NCBI GenBank assembly: GCA_964016885.1
Contig: OZ024743.1
Location: 350,300,001 to 350,364,000, forward strand
From: Eledone cirrhosa
Lineage: Eukaryota
DNA length: 64,000 nucleotides
Direction: 5' to 3'
The notes beneath the pieces are model-generated. The model did not search any database, was not told the DNA's origin, and worked only from the letters and a program-made list of their open reading frames with translations. A program made the translations under genes and the position numbers. Positions 28,325 to 43,604 of this stretch are shown piece by piece; the stretch's first letter is position 1, and each line of letters opens with the position of its first letter.

Positions 28325-31225
28325 TGGATTCTCCCACTGCGTACAACAGATGAGGGTTCAGCAAATATATGTTGTATGCATCCTCAAACTAAATTCCACT
28401 AGCTGAGACGCGATTTTACGTCCGAATGCAACTGATCATGATGTTCCCGTCTGACAAAAATGTTGAACAAATCGACCGCCATCCTTGACGATCAACAGCC
28501 ATCCCTCCCATGATTCAATAAGCACACCAGAACGCTCATGTTGTCCTTAAGTTGATCCTTAAACCGGGGGAGGCCGCAACAAACTCAGAGTTTCGCTTTT
28601 CTTAGCTGACGAAAAAAATCATCTGTCTGAAGCTGTTTGCCAACAACAAAGACTGTTGGTAAAGCAGGTGGCTGTTGCTCGGGAATAGGCTGATAAAGGG
28701 TTTTAGTCATTTTTATGCTGATTTTAAGTCTGAACGCATTCATACATCTCCAAAAGCATTTAGAATAGGTTGAATGTCTGACAAGTTGTGTGTCACAAGA
28801 GCACAATCATTTACAAACAGAAGATCACAAGCTGCTTGGACAGGAGTTTTTGTTTTTGCTTTAAACCGTCGCTGGTTGTAAAGACCTCTTGCTGCTTGAA
28901 ATTCAAACGACACTCCCTCGTTGGTATCTTGAAAGCATGCTCCAGCATCTCTGAGAAAAACAAAACGAAGAGAAGAGGAGCTAAGCCATATCCTTTTTTG
29001 GTCCCATTGGTCACATCAAAAGGTTCTGCGCAGTCACCATCAGAGTTTACAGTTGATTTCATTGCATAATAGAAGGATATTATGATGTTAAGCATTGTCT
29101 TTGGTATACTCTTTTACTCTTTTACCTGTTTCAGCCATCCGGCTGAGGCCATGCTGGGGTACCAAGTTTTTGAAGGACGATCCACAAGGCATCACGAGAT
29201 ACATTATCAAATGCCTTGGTGAGTTCAACAAACGTGACAAAGAATCCTTTCCTTCTCACATGGATTTCTCCTGCAGTTTTTTCAGACTAAACACCACGTC
29301 AACAGTGCTTTTTCTCGATCTAAACACAGCCTTAGACACAAGTATCACAGATTTTTGTCAGAGAAGAATTTGGGTGGTTCAGGAAAATTCGAGCAAGTAT
29401 CGTTCCTGCAATTGACTAAAAGAGATATTCCCCTACGGTTGTTGCATATATATCTTTTACACTTGTTTTTGTAAAGGTATACAATTGAGGTATATTTAAT
29501 CTGCTTTTGTACACAACCTCTTTCCCATGCACAGGTTAAGAACTCAAAGAGTTTTGTCACCAGTGTTTGATCCCCATACGTGTAAACTTCAGAGGCCTGA
29601 CCATCATCACCTAGAGTCTTGCCGATAGACAGTTGTCTGAGGGCAGTTTTGATTTCTGGAAATGAAGGATTGTTTGACAGTTATTGCAATACAGACTGTT
29701 GCGAAAGATTGTTAATATCTATTAACGCCTTAGTATCCATTGAGAACATTTAAGAAGTGTCCAGCCCGCCTTTTGGTTATGTCACAGTTATCAAGCATCC
29801 CAGCACGGTGAAGTCTCTGCATATCCTCAAGAGGTGGTTCGATTTGTGGATCATTTGAGTCAAACCAGTCCTGATGCTTACAATGGACATAACCTAATGT
29901 TTATTTTGCTGTCTCAAAGAGTGTGTCTCTCGGACTCGTCCAAGAGGCCTCAATATCATCATTTACAATAATTTGCTTCACAGGATGATTTGCTTGACAA
30001 GAGTAATTTAAAGTTTGTGCAATGCTTTCATTCATCAACTTGCTGACAGCTAATTTTTTACGTGGAACAGTTCGTTGTGTCCGAATGAGCTTTCGAATTT
30101 TCGTGTTTATGTGAGAACGAATGCGTTTATGATCAGACCTGGCTTCTCCTTTTGAAAGAGCGCGAATAAGATTTACATCATGCCTGTTTGACTGGAGTGT
30201 AATTATATAATCAATTAAATGTTAGTGACCAAATCTTGAGTGTTTCCTGCTAGACATAAACTATTCAGACTGTTGAAAAACTGAATTTGTAATCAGAAGA
30301 TTAAATTCTGTACAATGTGATAGTAAACGAAGACCGTTTGAGATAATATTTCCAATAATATGCCTGCCTAAGACATTTGGCCATGTCAGATGGTCATTTC
30401 CCACTCTGGTCTTGAAGCCTCCCATCAAGAACAATTTATCACCAACAGGCACCTTTCTGAGCTGTCCTCAAAGACAAGTGTAGAATTTCTTTTTAAGCTC
30501 AAATGACGAGTTCAGTGCTGGAGCAAAGCAACTAAAAAAGGAACAACTACGTTTTTTTTTTCTATTTTCACGTGAGGGATCATAATGTTGATGATATTGA
30601 TACCTATAGGAATTGATTAAAATTGTTTTACTAAATCACTTCTGATAGCAAATACAATACCAGGTTTCCTTTGTACATCAGACGATTTACCTATCCAGTA
30701 CAAGATATAACCTCCTTCTTCGTTTTCTAATTAGACACTTCCTACAAATCTAGTTTCTGAAAAAGCTACTATACTGAGAGTTTGCTGAGATAAGAGAAGA
30801 GCTATGATAGCTTTTCAGCATTCATGATTACATTTTGTATCCTGCAGAGTTCTGACATTCAATGAGGCTACGTATATTTTGTCATGGATACAAGAGAATG
30901 CTTAGTCACTTGTATCTGATGATCAGGCTAAGAATGAACAAACAATTTTAGGTTTCATTTTATTGACCCACTCCTCTAAAGATGAAAACAGCGTCATCCT
31001 ACATAGGGCAGCTTTGTTGTTAAATGAGGACATGAATCTAACATTCAACATTTCGTCCAGCAGCATCCTCTGCCAGCCTCCGTTTCATTTCCTTCATCGC
31101 CATGGTATTTAGGGAGCGCACAATGTGCCTCATATCAGAGGATGGCATAACCGCAGGTTTTCGGAATAAGAGGTGTCCATCTCTTACGCTGGTTGTTTAA
31201 ACCAGGCGAAAGTGTCCAATCTATC
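28325..31225 (-). mobile_element. Degenerate RTE (BovB-like) LINE
   Basis: APE (DKLFLMGGFKTRVG, NGLRLL) and RT (YKNK..CNNRRGISLL, PFDVTNGTKKGYGLAPLLF) remnants. Confidence 0.85.
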
Positions 31226-31537
31226 ATTTTTTAGAGTAAAAAAGTGTTAAAGTTATAGAAGTTATATATATTTAAAAAGATACAATAAACAATTTATAGT
31301 AGTTTAAAAAGTTGTAATAAAACGAAATACACACACACACAGTCACACACCCCACGCACACTATGCATACATATCTACATACAATGGGGATAGACCTTAT
31401 CACTCATGAGTCCTTCTGCCCTTTTTCATCCCACAGCGTGACCTAAATCATCCTCCATTACGAAGCAAGCAGGTGACAGTTTTCACTGGGTTATGTTATC
31501 AATAGTACTCAAGAGTAACCTAGCATAAATATATGGT

Positions 31538-31662
<125 letters not shown>

Positions 31663-31677
31663 GTGTGCGTGTGTGTG

Positions 31678-31732
<55 letters not shown>

Positions 31733-31843
31733 TTGTAGAACAAAATTTGTTTTCGCTATTAACATGGTGGATACCTAAATGTATCCATTAGTGAATAATG
31801 ATAATATTACAATAATGTTATTATGTTATTATTATATCATCAT

Positions 31844-32037
31844 AGGGCGGTGAATTGGCAGTATCGGTAGAGAGTTCGACGCCATGCTTTCTAGCAAAGT
31901 TACGTCCCTTTACGGTCTGAGTTCAAATCCCGCCGAGGTTAACTTTGCCTTTCATCCTTATGGGGTCGATAAAATAAAGTACCAATAATGTACTGGGTAA
32001 TTGCTGGCCTTGTGCCTAAAGTAGAAACAATTATTAT
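31844..32037 (+). mobile_element. tRNA-derived SINE
   Basis: Full SINE consensus with A/B-box-like motifs. Confidence 0.9.
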
Positions 32038-32084
32038 GTCATCCTTATTCACTCATGCATATAGATATAGATATAGATATATTG

Positions 32085-33539
32085 TTATATTTGGGGAGGG
32101 TCATATGGTTATGATATTGCCAGAAATATATAATAAAACACACCCAGTGTTTGGGTAGGGTTGAGTTGGTTTTCGCTTCCGTATATTTTATATCCCTATA
32201 GTTAATTTTGCTGGCAATCAATGTTTGTTTGTCATTAACTGACCAACAGTTAAAATATAAATGTATATATAGTCTCTCGGAATTCTTCCGTCGCACACTT
32301 GTGACATCATCAGTGATACTATTATGTTTCCTCCCGCTGTATTGTAATGTTTACTTATTCTATTTTTATTTATTTATTTACTTACTTATTGTTGTCTCTA
32401 TTTGCACATGCGTTTATGTGCTTGTTTTCTGTTTCGTGTCTGTTAGTGTGTTCGTATCTGAGCCTGTGTCTGTTTGTATTCTATCTTTGGTCTCTAGTGT
32501 GTGTTTATGTGTGTTTATGTGTATATTTATTTATATTTATCTTAGATCACTATTGTGTGTTTGTGTATGATTGTTTTTGTTATTATTTCATTCATGTTTT
32601 CTATTCAACTTCGGTTTTCTTAGTTCTACTTCAGTTGCTTCCTTAATTTGTCTACCTCTTGAGTCATTTCTATGTATAGATATTATTTTAATTTCTATGT
32701 TGTCTAAATTTCTATCATGTCTTAGTCTGGCGTGTTCATATAGTACCGTTTGTCTTTCTAGTTCACCCAAGTGTTGGTCTATTCTCTCCCCCATGCTCCG
32801 AGCTGTCTCTCCTATGTATGTCATTGTCATGTTTCTGCAAGTAGCTGTACATCTTACGCTATAGACTACATATCTAGATTTACAATTTATTTATGGACTT
32901 ATTCTACACATTACACATTTCTTATTAGTAAAGTGGGTTTTCGTGAAGGAGTAAGGTTTGTTGATCAGAGATTTTATCGGTAGTTCCTCGCTTTTCTACA
33001 ACTTTAATCTTTAAAAGTGTCTTTGTTAGGGCCTTTCTAAATTGATTAACTAGCTCAACTCCAGGGGTTGTATCCACAAACATGACACTCTGGTATCTTT
33101 GGTTGTCAAACTATGGAGTGGCTTTCCCTTTCTTTTGTTTAGTCCTATCTGTGCTATTCCATGATTTGCTCCTGTGGCAAATCCCTTTCATGTTCATCTC
33201 TATGGGGGTTTGTCTTTGCGTATAATTGTTTTCACCGCACCAAATGATAACGTATTATATTCGTTTTTTTTCGTTCTTCGCCAGGGAACGTTTCCACGAA
33301 CCAAAATATCGTGTTCCTGTCTTCCTTTAGTTGCAACGTTTTTTGAAATATTTACTTCTGCGTTCACAGATTGACTTTTTTAGTTTCAGAAGATCCCGTT
33401 AAGAGTGAAAGCAGCGATTCTTTGCTTAAACTTTAATCTGTTATTTTAATAAATATTTGCTCTACGGTTCTTATATATCTGATATATATTTATCCTTATC
33501 GAGCCCTTTTGGGATTTTAGTCTTCAAATTTATTATTAT

Positions 33540-33543
<4 letters not shown>
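32085..33543 (-). mobile_element. Internally deleted Penelope-like element with GIY-YIG endonuclease remnant
   Basis: VVYSVRC..C..TYIGETARSMGERIDQH..R.IKEA..P.LN at ~32588-32880; degenerate HHR (CTGATGA..GGAA-GAATTC) downstream at ~32270-32318; no RT motifs seen. Confidence 0.8.
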
Positions 33544-34647
<1,104 letters not shown>

Positions 34648-34696
34648 CTATGCATATATACACATATATATATATACATATGTATACATATATAGG

Positions 34697-34727
<31 letters not shown>

Positions 34728-35083
34728 CGTCCCGTCACGCACAAGGCGCCAAGGTACGCATGTATTGTCCAACCAAGTGCCAGTGTGGTTCAATGGCGGG
34801 TTAATAAATTAACGAGCCAGAACAAATATAAACAAGGTTTAGTAAATAATGAAAAAGTTTCAAAATAAATTTTAAAAAATTGACTTTACCTACTATAGTT
34901 ACCTTTACCGATCGGTTTCGAATCCCAAAAATAAAAAGTTTGACCTACCTCCTTTTGCCTCTATCTTTACTACGGCCCTTGATAAACCTGTTCTACATCA
35001 TCCACTCTCATCCCAGGAACAGTCTTTGATAGCGCTAGTTTGTGATTTAAATTCAGGAATTTTATATTCTTTGAATGAAAAGA

Positions 35084-35167
35084 ACCTTCTGACGAGAATC
35101 TCTCTTTGCAACGAAGGCCGTATGGCCTCCGTTTTATTTTTGGGATTCGAAACCGATCGGTAAAGGT
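35084..35167 (+). ncRNA. Canonical type I hammerhead within an inverted-repeat module (34826-35245)
   Basis: ACCTT-CTGACGA-GAATC..GATTC-GAAA-CCGATCGG-TA-AAGGT. Confidence 0.9.
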
Positions 35168-35289
35168 AACTATAGTAGGTAAAGTCAATTTTTTAAAATT
35201 TATTTTGAAACTTTTTCATTATTTACTAAACCTTGTTTATATATATATATATATGTATACATATATACGTATATATATATATATATATA

Positions 35290-35690
35290 TTCTCTTAATT
35301 CGGAGAAGTAGCGGCTCTACCAGGAGTGACTCTCTGGTCTCTGAGCTATGCACTATATCGTGTAACGTTACTCCAAAGACCCTTCGGAGGAATCCCATTT
35401 CTGCCGCTTTTACCTTCAATTGTATTCTTTTGGCCATTACTCAAGATTCACGATCATCAGTAAGAGTTGGCAAGAATACCAGGAAGACAGTGAGTTTGGC
35501 TTTTACACCTACCCCCTTCTTTTCATTGCTGAATGCTGAGGCTGGCGCATTACTGCATCAGCTTTATAATTCTCGCATTTAATTCAACCTTTTGCATTCC
35601 ATCACTCAGGAACACGGTTCCAAGATACTTGAACTTCTCTAACTGCTTCAGTAGAACTTCATTCACATGTATATAAATTTGAGTGACTTC
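35290..35690 (-). mobile_element. RTE/RTEX-like LINE fragment
   Basis: LEKFKYLG and AAEMGFLRRVFGVTL.D..RESL.VEPLLLRI. Confidence 0.75.
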
Positions 35691-35869
35691 TGTCCACCCG
35701 TCCATCAAGCAATAGGTATGTGTGTTTGTGTGAATGTATGTGTGTGTAAAAGGAAGGAAAGGGATACACACATATATATGTCTAACTTAAAAACAGTGAC
35801 ACACACACACGTGTCTCTAATTTAAGAACGCCGACAAACACACGCGCGCGCACATACACACACACTGTC

Positions 35870-36490
35870 CTATTACGACTTAAGAGCTTTGGCTCGGGCA
35901 AATATCCCCTCAATTTTGGAACCGTCTGGGTTGTCCTGAATTGATGGGAAAAGACTTGATGGTCTTACTCTGTGCTCCTGGTCAAGAGGCAGGTGCCTTA
36001 CCTGGGACATCACAGTTAGTGACTCTTTTGCTTCATCCCACATCCTGGATGCAGCGGTAAGGGCGAGAGCTACAGCATCCGCAGCTGAACAGAACAAAAT
36101 CCTAAAATACCGTGTTCTGTCAGCTAACTACATTATCCAGCCTGTGGCGTTCGAGATGTTTGGGGAAGCCGGGCTACTGACAGCAAGATTTGTATCTTCA
36201 CTGACGGTTCGCCAAACAGAGGTAACTGGTGATGCTCGTGAAGGCACTTGGTTGTTCCAGCCTCTCAGAGTCGCCATCACCCAAGGTAACACTGCGAGCG
36301 TGCTGGCCTGCTTCAAAATGTATTAAAGAGGTTTCCCAGTACTCCTCGCTATATTGCTATCTTTTGCTCTGGTAGCGGCTCTTTTTTAAACTCTTTCACC
36401 TGTATTTTGTTCTATGTAGTCTAAGATGTGTGTATTACCTATTTGTGTATTTTTTCTCTTTCTTATTTTCCTTTCTCTTTCCTCTGTATA
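35870..36490 (+). mobile_element. CRE-like RLE 3' fragment
   Basis: DGKRLDGLT..W..GRCLTWDITV..AE..K..KY..PVAFE..G..QGN. Confidence 0.75.
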
Positions 36491-36499
36491 TATTTTATT

Positions 36500-36685
36500 G
36501 AGTTGGTGGTATCGGTAGAGGGACGGACGCCATACTTTCCAGCATAGTTACGTCCCTTTACGGTCTGAATTCAAATCCCGTCGAGGTTAACTTTGCATTT
36601 CATCCTTATGGGGTCGATAAAATAAAGTACCAGTAATACACTGGGATAATTGCTGGCCTTGTGCCAAAAGTAGAAACAATTATAT
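36500..36685 (+). mobile_element. tRNA-derived SINE
   Basis: SINE consensus. Confidence 0.85.
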
Positions 36686-37320
36686 TTGTTAGTGTGTTAG
36701 TTCTGTAACCATTTATACTCATACATATAGATGTATGTATGTACACACTCATACGCGTCACCGTGTAGAAAATCATAACCTCTCTATCTCTCTCATCACA
36801 CACTCTCTCTTTCTATATATATGGTAGTTGAAGCGGTGGTGGTGGTGACGATACATCGGAAGTGTAGAAATTTGAAACTTTGAAAAGAAGTCAATTTTAA
36901 ATTATTTATGTTTACGAAATTTAGTACATAAATTATGTAATATTCATTCATTTTTTATTCAAAGTAATCCAACTTATTTTACTAACTAGATTAAAAGAAA
37001 TAAACCGTACGCAGTCCCTCAGTCCTTACTTTATTATAGTTTAGATTGATTGGTGGCACGCGTTTCGCTATAATGTCGTAACGACTGCAGAGGTCCGACA
37101 AGCTTTTGATTCCAGAGTCGGGCCAGATCGATGCAGATTGAACCTTGAGCTCATCAATAACGAAACGCGCATCACCAATCAATAAACGTAATGAAGACAT
37201 AATTAAATCGTCCTTTTATTATTATATTTACACTTTGTTTCCATCTACACCTCAGTACAGACGTGAATCTAAACATCGAGTTCTCACCTCGGCGAACCTA
37301 CAGTAACTGCACGTTACACT

Positions 37321-37442
<122 letters not shown>

Positions 37443-37549
37443 GGGGAGGGAGGGAGAGAGAGACAGAGAGAGGGAGATTGATATTTTGCCAGTCCAGCCT
37501 CTTGTGATTTTACTCAATAATATATATGTAGCGACGTGGTTCCGGTGGC

Positions 37550-37580
<31 letters not shown>

Positions 37581-37724
37581 TATTGAGTAAAATGGCAGGA
37601 GGCTAGACTGGTAAAATTCCTTAACGATTTATTACAAACACTTTGCACATTTCAATGACCGGGTTCAGTAGGAACCCGGTGACATCTTCAGGTGTTACAA
37701 CATTTATCTAATAAAGGAATATAA

Positions 37725-37915
37725 TAATTTTTTCTACTTTTGGCACAAGGCCAACAATTGTTCCACTGTATTACTGGTACTATATTTTATAGACCCCGTA
37801 AGGATGAAAGGCAAAGCTAACCTCGGTGGGATTTGAACTCAGATCATAAAGGGCCGTAACTCTTTGCTGCAAATCATGGTGTCAGACTCTCTACCGATAC
37901 TGCCAATCCACCACC
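37725..37915 (-). mobile_element. tRNA-derived SINE
   Basis: Reverse-complement SINE consensus. Confidence 0.85.
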
Positions 37916-38116
37916 ATATTATAATGGTAGACAAAATCCAAGGGGCTGAAAAGTAGAGAGAAACGTTTAAGACAGAAAGGCGGCCAGAACCAGTAGTTGC
38001 CAGTCTGGATGTCAGCCTATATATATATATATACGTGCGTATGTGTATATGTGTGTGTATACGTGTGTATATATATACGTGTGTATATATGTATGTATAT
38101 ATGTGTATGTATGTAT

Positions 38117-38263
<147 letters not shown>

Positions 38264-38274
38264 TGTATATATAT

Positions 38275-38351
<77 letters not shown>

Positions 38352-38705
38352 TAAGTTATTCCGGGTTGAATCGGAGGTAACCACAGTATGTAAAGTACTC
38401 AATGCATACAGAGACCCGGATGTAACACATGCGCAAACTAAGCACACAACACACACAAAAACAAAATGGCGTAGGACAGAACAAAGGAGAGGCATAAAAC
38501 AAAGAAAAGAATCCCCAGTCACTGAAGAGGTCACAGAATTATGACGAAGGAACTTTGACAATATATGAACAACCGTCCGGTTATGGAACCAACCAACCAA
38601 CCATAAATTTATAAATTCTTAAATTTATAAATTTAACTTATAATAAATTGGAGTGAAAGCATGGTGCGTGTGTTTCTTATTGACAACATGACCCTCCCAA
38701 AGCAT

Positions 38706-38806
<101 letters not shown>

Positions 38807-38929
38807 CACATACATACATGTACATATATATATATATATATATACATACATATTTTACTAACTAGATTAAAAGAAATAATCCGTACGCAGTTCCGCAGTC
38901 CTTACATACCTATATATATACATATTTAC

Positions 38930-39016
<87 letters not shown>

Positions 39017-39292
39017 AACATACACAAACATGCCCATATGCAGATACAAGTGAATGCACGTACACACAGCGATATGCATACACACATGTTCTCATAAATA
39101 TACGCATATACACATGCACATAAAAACAGCTCTACAAGCAGAAAATGCAGATAGGTAAGAGGTACTTGCATAACCATAGTGCCGTATTTCAGATTGAGGA
39201 GAGGTAGGGGTGGGTGGGAAGGAGGTAGAGGGGCTATTTTGTCGGCTGGCGTTTAAAAGAAATTAAATAAAAAAATAAGTGGGAAGTCGTTT

Positions 39293-41418
39293 TTAGCCAT
39301 CGGGCATTAACACTGGCTTAAGGTATTTTAAAGTTGCAAAGTTTTTGTGCATGCAGTTCGGGCAGTGTTCATAGAGTTTGGCGAATAAAATTTCGTAGCT
39401 CTCTGAGATATAAAGGTCGCAGCACTTGTGTCCTCCGTTGTATGAACGCGCTTCTGGAGTATTTTCCATTTAAGCGTGAAGGGGTGGAGTTCCTTTTGAG
39501 GTCCCAAACATAGGAGGCGAGTGCTGTCTGGTTTTATTTGTCCGGTCTTTTGAAGGAGTGGGTATGGGCATATCACCGGGTCTTAAAGTTATTGGAAGTC
39601 ATCCCGATGTAAGTCGTTTTGTTGTTGTAATCATCGGTGCCTGAGATAAAATTGCATTTGTATACGATATCATTTGTCAGGCATTTATTTTCAAGTGGTC
39701 AGGCTTCCTTATTTAGGCAATTACACAAGGCCCCAGTCCGGGGATTAGGTTCGGAGGTGGTTGGCTTATTTATTTTTTTAGAATTGTGATTGGCAATATT
39801 AGCTAGGTTAGGTGTGGTGGAGTAGGAGAGTCTTATTGTGTTTTTATTAAAGATGGTGTAGTACCTATGTTTTATGGGGAAGTGTGTGTTCAGCAAAGTG
39901 AAGAAAATCCTAGTTATAGGTTTAGAGACCTCTCTATTGAAGGGAGGGTTGTACCAGCTAATCTGCCGATGCCTATTCCTCCTATGCAGACTTGCGGTGG
40001 TTTCTAGGTAGGTTATCTTTTCTTTAAATCCGCTGCGGGCAAGGGCGTCATTGTAGTAGGAGGCAGAGGCGTTAAAAATATCTTCATTGGCAGAGAGGCC
40101 AGAGATTCTAATAAAGACGCTTTTTACTAAGTTATCAGTGATGTTTTGGGGGTGGTTAGAATTAACATTAATATATCTAAGGGACTCATTAGGTTTGTGG
40201 TACGGGTAATAGAAGGAAGTATCTATGTCGAGAGTGACATCTAAAAAGTTGGCCCTAGTCATATTAGATTCTATAGTTATACTAAATCCTAGATTACGGA
40301 AGAACGAGCTTAAGTTTCTCCGAAACCGATCGGTGGTTCTGGGGTTAACCTTGTGCAGGGCGAAGAGACCATCGTCTCGGTATAAACCTCCGCTTAGGCC
40401 AGTAAAGAGGTTCTTCAGGTGATGTAAAATGTACAGGTCCACAAGGTCGCTAATTTCAGCCGAGTTACTCGCTCCCATGCTGACGTCAAATGGGTCTGAG
40501 ACTTCTTGTTGATCCAGTAAGATCCATCATGGTATAGGAAGGTCTTACGGGCATGTAGGATAACATCTTGCTCAGCATCGGTTATGGTGGTAAAATTCCT
40601 GGCAAAGGTAATTGCGTCCTTCAGGAGGGGCTCCGAGATAGAAGCATAGTAGTTTTCTATGTCGAATTGCAGGAAGCGAGTGTGGCGTTTGTCGGGTAAT
40701 TCTTGGAACCAAGATATTGCCTCAGATGTTCTGCTCCAGAGTGGGAGTGGTGAGGCAACCCGCAATAATGGTAGAACACTATCTAGGATCTTCTTACTGA
40801 TAGAGCCGATGTCCGAACGAGTGGGGTTGATAAGTCTGACTGATGGTTTGTTGAAGAACTTTCCCTTATGGTCCTTCAGTGTAAAGTGCGGGGTCTTTAC
40901 CCTTAAAGGTTCGGTTCGGTCATGTAATTTAAGGGACTTGGCGATTTCTTTTCCGGCCGCGTTTGTCTCAGTCAATTCCATCTCTATTACCTTTTTGTAG
41001 GTGGTCGTGATGGCATTTTTTGCCAGCTTATTGTAGGTCTGTGGGTCTACCTCATAAATGTTTTTGGTTTTATCGGAGGTGACATGAAGATTAGGGGATT
41101 TTTTATATTCCGCAATTCAGTATTTAAGTAGGCCTGGAATGGTGTGGTTGCTCTACGAAATTCTATATCTTTGATCATCTTGAAGAGGTCTTTTTCAAAT
41201 GGTTTAAGTAGCCAGTTGGTGGGTGGTGCCTTATTCGTTTTGAAGCCGAACTTCTCATCATTGGTAGATGCTACATCAGGGTTGTCGAGGAAGAAGCCTA
41301 TCCATCTAATTCGCTTGATGAACTCGTCGGTACGTCTGATGAGTGTTTTTAGGTAAAGTTTCCTTGGAGGGATGGGGATGTTCTTCAAGGAGACATCAAG
41401 GTCGAGTTTGGTCAGCAT
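39293..41418 (-). pseudogene. Naiad-type Penelope-like element ORF (RT and GIY-YIG), frameshifted
   Basis: SLKNIPIP, FDIENYY, MG..SAEI.DL, GLYRDDG, NHP, WYNPPF, CNCx5*PL..C, IVY..YIG; ~41462-41515 repeated at ~38350-38405 (pLTR-like). Confidence 0.9.
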
Positions 41419-42053
41419 AGTTTCTTGGTGATGGTTATAATGGGCACAAAGAGTGATAAAAGGTAAGTTATTCCGGGTAGAATCAGAGGTAACCACAGTA
41501 AGTAAGGTACTCAATACATAGCAGAGTATAAAAGTTTTAATATAGATGAGATTCTACAGGACTAGAACTGTTTCATTCTTTAGAAATAATCAGATATCTG
41601 GTTTTCCAAATATAAATATTGTGGTATTTATATCGTTTGAGGTGGTAGGAGAGGGTGGGGAGTGGGATGGGTGTAGGTCATTGGTTGAAAGAAAAGGGAA
41701 TTCATTAAAAGCTAATTCTTTAAGGCTATAATTTATATTTAGAGTGACAAAGGCAGAAAGAATTCTATAAACAAGTTCAGAATGGGGTGCCACTCCTTAT
41801 TTTAAAGTTTCTCTTAAGCTAACAATGACTATATTTCAGATGTCTATCAGATGGTTGGGGGTGTGTCAGGGTTGATGGATTTAAAGAAAAGGGAAATTCA
41901 TGAAAAGCTAATTCTTTAAAGCTCTTCTTAGAGTGACAAAGGCCAAGAGAATTCTATAAAAAAGTTCAAAATATCGGGTGCCTATCATATCATTATTGTC
42001 ATATTTCTCTCAAGCTATATTCCAGGTGTCAACAGACACATTCACATACACAC

Positions 42054-42139
<86 letters not shown>

Positions 42140-42919
42140 AAATGTGTGTAATCCTTGGTACAGTTAGGTATATTAAGATAGGGGGGAAGAAAAAATGGCT
42201 TCACTTGTGCTTTCAAAACAATTATTTTCTTCACAAAATCCAAAAAGAATTTTTCTTAAAAAAAATTATTTTATAAATTAAGTTGTTGGTTGTTGGTTAG
42301 GTCTTAGGAGTTCTTGGTTAACGTAGGAGGTATTGTTTCGTTTTTAGAAAGACCTTTCACGCTGAGGTGCGCTTGTCAAACTGATGTGTATGTGGTGTGT
42401 TGTTCTATATATAGGGATTTAACATGTCTGCGGTGTGGTGGGGGTTTCTTTTCCCCCCCTTTAATAAGTGCATGGGTGTAGGTGTGTTGAAAAAGTGTTC
42501 ATAGCAGTAATGAGTTGAGACGGTGAGTAGGGTTGGGTGGGGAGAAATGTAGCAAGTGCGGCCTGCCCCGGTCATTCTCGAAAAATTCCTTTATTCAGGG
42601 GAAAAAGCTTTTAGCATTGCTTTTGTGTTGAGAATGGTCACGGGCAAATCGCACCTGTCAAGTTTGTGAATAATTATTTTTTTCTTTCTTTCCTGAAGAA
42701 TTTTTCTACGTCCATCCCAAAGTTAGTCCTTTGTTCAACACACACATATGTGTGCATATACGTACATACACACACGGGCATATGTAGGAATATATAGGCA
42801 CACACCATCAATCACACACCCATGTACAAATACATACACAAAAACATATAGAGACACATATAAAAACACACATACACATACGTACACACACGAATATGTA
42901 CTCATACCTCCACATGGGC

Positions 42920-42950
<31 letters not shown>

Positions 42951-42963
42951 TATATATACACAT

Positions 42964-43006
<43 letters not shown>

Positions 43007-43027
43007 CATATACACATACACACACAT

Positions 43028-43098
<71 letters not shown>

Positions 43099-43119
43099 TA
43101 TACATATATATATATATAT

Positions 43120-43186
<67 letters not shown>

Positions 43187-43521
43187 TACATATATACATA
43201 CACATACATACATACATACACACACATACATATACACACATAAAGATACATAACTAAATATACATATATACACATACACGCACACATTTCGCCATTTGCT
43301 ACACCTTACAACCAATTTTCAAGAAACTCGCAGTCGCTAAGATCAACACCTTTTCATCAAAGCAGATATTATTTTACCTACCCAGGCAAGGCTGGGTACT
43401 GCTGCTAGTGTATAAATAAAATCGTTAATTTATATATAATAAATAATATAATTTATTATAAATTTCCGGTTGGTTGGCTGGCTGGTTGGTTGGTTCGATA
43501 ACCGGAAGTTATTTATATATT

Positions 43522-43564
43522 GTCAAAGCTCTTTCGTTACACATTCTGTGACCTCCTCAGTGAC
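43522..43564 (-). ncRNA. Minimal hammerhead motif (related, more degenerate copy at 38518-38559, +)
   Basis: GTCA-CTGAGGA-GGTCACAGAATGTGTAAC-GAAA-GAGC-TT-TGAC. Confidence 0.65.
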
Positions 43565-43604
43565 TAGGTTTTTATTTTTATTTTGTGTGTCTCTCCTTTG
43601 TTCT

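Noticed and set aside
39100-39292. Possible SECIS after the Naiad stop codon
   Set aside because: No AUGA/GA quartet with an apical AA stem-loop recognised by eye
39555-39580. Second in-frame TGA in the Naiad GIY-YIG (KTR*YAH)
   Set aside because: Not a cysteine position; more likely TGG>TGA decay
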